Translations under genes and position numbers: made by a program
NCBI GenBank assembly: GCA_051652765.1
Contig: JBOFUV010000034.1
Coordinates: forward strand, 64,001 to 128,000
Length of the DNA: 64,000 nucleotides
Reading direction: 5' to 3'
DNA from: Microcoleaceae cyanobacterium
GTDB taxonomy: Bacteria > Cyanobacteriota > Cyanobacteriia > Cyanobacteriales > Microcoleaceae
Part shown: in pieces, positions 60,102 to 64,000 of the stretch
How the letters are laid out: each line of letters begins with the position of its first letter
Numbering within the stretch: position 1 is the first letter of the stretch
The notes under the pieces: generated by a model
Told to the model about the DNA's origin: nothing
The model's input: the letters and a program-made list of their open reading frames with translations, nothing else
Database searches by the model: none

Positions 60102-61127
60102 ATGACTGTAATTCCAACTGATTCTAACCTGTTAAATTCCCAACTCAAAACTTTAATTTCCGTTGAGAATTTACAAGTTCATTTTCCAATTTACAAAGGG
60201 ATTTTAATCCAAAAACAAGTTGATACAGTCAAAGCAGTTGATAATATCTCATTCAAAGTTTTCAAAGGTGAAACCCTCAGTTTGGTTGGAGAATCTGGGT
60301 GTGGAAAGAGTACAACCGGCCGAGCTATTCTTCAACTGGAACCTTTAACTCAAGGCAAAATTTTCTTTGAGAATATTGATCTGATGACTTTAAATGCAGC
60401 AACCTTGCGACAGATGCGTCATCGAATGCAGATTATTTTTCAAGATCCCTACGCATCTTTAAACCCTCGAATGACTGTGGAAAAGATCATTAGTGAACCA
60501 TTAGTCATTCATCAACTTGTTGAGCCGCAAAAAATTAGAGAACGAGTCCAAAATCTGCTAGAGCTAGTTGGTCTGAACCCAAGGTTTATTCAGCGCTATC
60601 CCCATGAATTTTCCGGGGGTCAACGTCAACGGATTGGGATTGCTAGAGCCTTGGCGGCTGAGCCAGAATTTATTCTTTGTGATGAACCGATTGCTGCATT
60701 AGATGTTTCAATTCAAGCTCAAATTATTAATTTAATGCAATCTTTGCAGCAACAGTTAGGATTAACCTATCTGTTTATTGCCCATGATTTGAGTGTTGTT
60801 CGTCATATTTCCCATCGCATTGCCGTGATGTATTTGGGCAAGATTGTTGAACTGGCGAATCGAACTGACTTATATACAAATCCACTGCATCCCTATACCC
60901 AAGCGCTTCTTTCTGCTGTTCCCATTCCTGATCCTGAACTGGAGAAAAAGCGTCAGCGGATCATCTTGAGCGGGGACATTCCAAGCCCTATCAATCCACC
61001 CATCGGTTGCCGCTTTCACACTCGCTGTCCCCTCGCCTTTGATCGGTGTCATCATGAAGAGCCAGAATTGCAATCAATGGGTCAAGGGCATTTTGTCTCC
61101 TGCCATCTGAACGAACCCTCCCCCTGA
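60102..61127 (+). CDS. oligopeptide/dipeptide ABC ATP-binding protein (OppF/DppF-like)
   Basis: VKAVD, GESGCGKSTTGR, YPHEFSGGQRQR, GCRFHTRCP. Confidence 0.92.
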   Translation: MTVIPTDSNLLNSQLKTLISVENLQVHFPIYKGILIQKQVDTVKAVDNISFKVFKGETLSLVGESGCGKSTTGRAILQLEPLTQGKIFFENIDLMTLNAATLRQMRHRMQIIFQDPYASLNPRMTVEKIISEPLVIHQLVEPQKIRERVQNLLELVGLNPRFIQRYPHEFSGGQRQRIGIARALAAEPEFILCDEPIAALDVSIQAQIINLMQSLQQQLGLTYLFIAHDLSVVRHISHRIAVMYLGKIVELANRTDLYTNPLHPYTQALLSAVPIPDPELEKKRQRIILSGDIPSPINPPIGCRFHTRCPLAFDRCHHEEPELQSMGQGHFVSCHLNEPSP

Positions 61128-61200
61128 ACCCATTGGCCATAGTACACATAGGTTACAATCAAGGTCACCCCAGAAGTAGCTAAAAGGGCGACAACAAGGG

Positions 61201-62097
61201 TTATAACAGAACTGCGCTCAGGTGAACTAACATCTCACAACTTGTTCCCGGTTTGAGACAAGTGAGGAGTTTCCCCAGATTCAGAGCGTTGCGAGGCGCT
61301 GTCCACGGCTCTAAACAGTAGTAGTCCTTGTCTTTTACCGTCCAGAACACCAAGTTAGAATAGGCAGAACTATAACTCAGAAAAATCCTCAGATTGCGAC
61401 TATAGTCCGTGGCGATCGCTGCCAAACTGGTCAGGGGAGAATTGAAAATAATATCCACTTCCTCTAACTTTGGATCAAACTGTCCCGTAAAATCGTGGAG
61501 CTTTTTAGTGTCTTGATCCTGATACTGCATGGCCGGAATCTCAAACTGCAGTTTAGATTTGTCTTGGGCCAGAAAATAGGGATGCAATCCTGTGGAAAAC
61601 GGCATGACTTGAGGGGGAATTTCATCTGACAATCCACAGAGGTTTGTAAACCGCTGAAAAATTTCCAAATGATTCCCTTTTAAGGTGTAAGTAAACTCGA
61701 GTTCAAAGTCAAAAGGATACATCGCTCGAGTTTGGACATTACTTCTCAGCACTAAAGTAATAGAGGCCCAACTCTCCACGCTTTGCTGAGTCACAGTCCA
61801 GGGAAGGTCTCTGGCAAATCCATGCTGCTTTAGGGTGTATTGTTTCCCCTGATATTCATAAGTGTCGTTGGGTAAGTTCCCACAAATTGGAAATAGAATC
61901 GGAATCCCGCCCCGCACAGTCAAGCCGGGATCACTGAACCGGTCTTCATCAAGATAAAGCAATTCCTTACCCTGGACTCGCCAGCGCGTAATTAGGCCGC
62001 CCCGCTCAGGGACAACTTCCAAACTGGACTGGGCGGCATGATCAAACAGACAATAAGTCTTATACTGTTTTTCAGAGTCGAGGGTGATCGCAAACAC
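61201..62097 (-). CDS. aldose 1-epimerase family protein
   Basis: RGGIPILFP, QHGFARD, GLHPYF, YCLEPW. Confidence 0.88.
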   Translation of the reverse strand: MFAITLDSEKQYKTYCLFDHAAQSSLEVVPERGGLITRWRVQGKELLYLDEDRFSDPGLTVRGGIPILFPICGNLPNDTYEYQGKQYTLKQHGFARDLPWTVTQQSVESWASITLVLRSNVQTRAMYPFDFELEFTYTLKGNHLEIFQRFTNLCGLSDEIPPQVMPFSTGLHPYFLAQDKSKLQFEIPAMQYQDQDTKKLHDFTGQFDPKLEEVDIIFNSPLTSLAAIATDYSRNLRIFLSYSSAYSNLVFWTVKDKDYYCLEPWTAPRNALNLGKLLTCLKPGTSCEMLVHLSAVLL

Positions 62098-62175
62098 AAT
62101 AGTTTTAGGTCATCTACGGGTGAGCAAGAACCTCTGAGACTCTGGCAGAGAGTTGGAATTTTCTCTTTGCCCAAT

Positions 62176-63999
62176 TTAAAAGGGCAACTCTACCCGATTG
62201 AGGGGCTTGAAGCCTTTTGAGTCTAGATTAAGTCTTTCCTTCGTTAGACTTTGACGTTGGGGCCGAGACCCGAAACGAGGGAGAGAGAGAGTAAACGAAA
62301 TCGGAGAGTTGTCATTATTGTAACCTTGAGGTGTTAATTTTGACTGTTGTTGAGGGTGAGGGAGAGGAACAAATGGATCGACAATAAAAGGCTCTTGAAT
62401 ATAAGGTTTTAAAACTTCAGCTTCTGATTGGGGTTGCTGTGGCTGAGTTTGACCGGACTGATTTGGCGGAGGAACCTGAGACGTTGCGGGATCAGTGAGC
62501 AGAATTTGAGAGCCTGAAAGGGGAGATCGGACTTGAAAGGGGGCCGTACTTTGCTGATCCTGGGACGGTTGTGCTTCAAGTGTGGGGCTTTCCCCGGTGA
62601 CTGATTTTGCCGGGATTTGTGGGCTGTTCAGCACAACAGGGGACTGCATCGGTTGGTCAAAAATCCGGGAGAGCTTCTCAATTCGTTGCAAGATTTCATC
62701 GCCTTGTTTCCCCTGAGCAACTGCCGCTTGATACTGTCTAACTTCGATGGGCAAAAATTCAACCTTCATCTGATGATCCGCCCGCAAGGCAACTTTCAAG
62801 ACGGCTGTGTCATAATTGCTGCGGCGATTGCCTCCAAAGATAAAGTTCCCCAAGGAATAAATAATCGGGCGACCTCGATAAACTTCTGCCCCCTGCAATA
62901 CATGGGGATGATGGCCAACCACCAGATCAGCCCCTTGATCAACCGTAAACCGAGCCAATTCAATTTGCCAATCCCCTGGATATTCTGCCAGTTCAACGCC
63001 CCAGTGAAAGTTCACAATCACCCAATCCACCTGATCCCGCACTGCCTTAATATCTTCAGCAATGCGGTTGTTGTGGCGAGGATTTGTGCCCGCTATGCCT
63101 GCCTCTGCCGCATGAAAGTCGGCATCATAGTATCCAAAGTAAGCGATGCGTTGACCTTTCACCTCAATGATTTCAGGTCGCCGAGCCTCTGTAATTTCTC
63201 GACCTGCACCTACGGCATGAATGCCCGCCTTCTCCAGAGTTTTTAGGGTCTCAACTAACCCTGGTTCCTCATAATCCATGGCGTGATTATTGGCCAGGTT
63301 AACAATATCGATGCCTCCTTCTTTAAGGACTTGAACTGCTTCAGGAGCTGCTTTGAAGTTAAACTGCTTGTTGGGACGACGTAATGTTGAGCGAGTCAGG
63401 GGATTTTCCAGGTTAACCATGGCAAGATCAGCATCCCGGTACTCCTGTAATTTTTGAAAGGCCCAGGGATAATCTTTTCCCACGGTTTCCTCGAAGGAGT
63501 TAGATAGGGTGACATCTCCACCAAACATCAAGGTCACAGTTGGATCTTGTGGCTTCTGAACGGCTGTATGTTGAATCACAGGCACAGATTCTAAGGCCGC
63601 CTGGATTTGGTTAGATCGTTTAGGCGGCGGGGTAGAAATGATTGCTTCTGGCTCAGCCTGAACTGGGATTTGGGCAGACGGAACACTAATGGCGGCATAA
63701 CTGACCCAACACCCCAACACAAAAGTCATGACGGATGAACCTACCATCATCAAAGTTCGTAGGGTTTTGAACTGTAGTTTGTCTAAAAACCTATGGTAGA
63801 AGCTCTGTTGAGTTCGCTGGGTCGGAGTCAATAGCCGAACGGATTGCTTCCAAAGGATGTTGGGTTGACCTCGAAATCGACCTGCAATTTTTACCCCTTC
63901 AACGGTAGGTGCATTGACCTCCCACAGAAGATGACAAATAAACTGAATGATCCGTTCAGCAGCAGGTTCTTGGTGAAACTCCACTAAAACTTGCAGACA
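62176..63999 (-). CDS. CapA (PGA_cap) family metallophosphatase-like protein; 5' end probably outside window
   Basis: FGGDV, VNLENP, LANNHAMDY, FHWG, GHHPHV, YSLGNF; the frame stays open to the window edge. Confidence 0.88.
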   Translation of the reverse strand, partial: CLQVLVEFHQEPAAERIIQFICHLLWEVNAPTVEGVKIAGRFRGQPNILWKQSVRLLTPTQRTQQSFYHRFLDKLQFKTLRTLMMVGSSVMTFVLGCWVSYAAISVPSAQIPVQAEPEAIISTPPPKRSNQIQAALESVPVIQHTAVQKPQDPTVTLMFGGDVTLSNSFEETVGKDYPWAFQKLQEYRDADLAMVNLENPLTRSTLRRPNKQFNFKAAPEAVQVLKEGGIDIVNLANNHAMDYEEPGLVETLKTLEKAGIHAVGAGREITEARRPEIIEVKGQRIAYFGYYDADFHAAEAGIAGTNPRHNNRIAEDIKAVRDQVDWVIVNFHWGVELAEYPGDWQIELARFTVDQGADLVVGHHPHVLQGAEVYRGRPIIYSLGNFIFGGNRRSNYDTAVLKVALRADHQMKVEFLPIEVRQYQAAVAQGKQGDEILQRIEKLSRIFDQPMQSPVVLNSPQIPAKSVTGESPTLEAQPSQDQQSTAPFQVRSPLSGSQILLTDPATSQVPPPNQSGQTQPQQPQSEAEVLKPYIQEPFIVDPFVPLPHPQQQSKLTPQGYNNDNSPISFTLSLPRFGSRPQRQSLTKERLNLDSKGFKPLNRVELPF

Positions 64000-64000
64000 T

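Noticed and set aside
62617..63246. 209-aa plus-strand ORF and similar antisense ORFs within tkt, rimO, ftsH and cysA
   Set aside because: Antisense shadows of well-supported genes.

Overview
64 kb of a cyanobacterial chromosome. The HIP1 octamer GCGATCGC recurs throughout, and the core genes are cyanobacterial in type. The housekeeping backbone carries mnmE (partial), peptide and polyamine ABC parts, sbp-NIL-cysT-cysW-cysA, an ArsM-like methyltransferase, ggt, rimO, treZ-treY, ftsH, a 2011-aa multi-enzyme glycosyl/methyltransferase, a pentapeptide Ser/Thr kinase, pheT, tkt, pcrA, dppD/dppF-like ATPases, an aldose epimerase and a CapA-family gene (partial). Three accessory blocks interrupt it. 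(1) ~8.4-12.7 kb is a probable integrase-less cassette cluster ending in a clean attC site. It holds an unassigned two-gene module (wHTH-like protein plus a DUF4145/HEPN-like protein broken by one nonsense codon), a BrnTA with a deleted toxin, and a C-protein-controlled type II R-M system whose shared operator (GAATAC-N4-GTATTC) is readable at both promoters. (2) ~44.4-50.0 kb is a decayed chromosomal integron: an intI stub, an attI region with five direct repeats, one intact attC and two half attC sites. Its cassettes are an unassigned 261-aa protein plus PIN nuclease pair, VapBC, MNT-HepT (toxin deleted) and a PLD-family nuclease, with NB-ARC/TPR and GH1 relics mixed in. (3) ~57.6-60.1 kb is a PARIS-like AAA ATPase + DUF4435/TOPRIM pair wedged between the dppD- and dppF-like genes. 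The best candidates for undescribed systems are the 261-aa+PIN cassette and the wHTH+HEPN module. All family assignments come from motif recognition by eye, not database searches.
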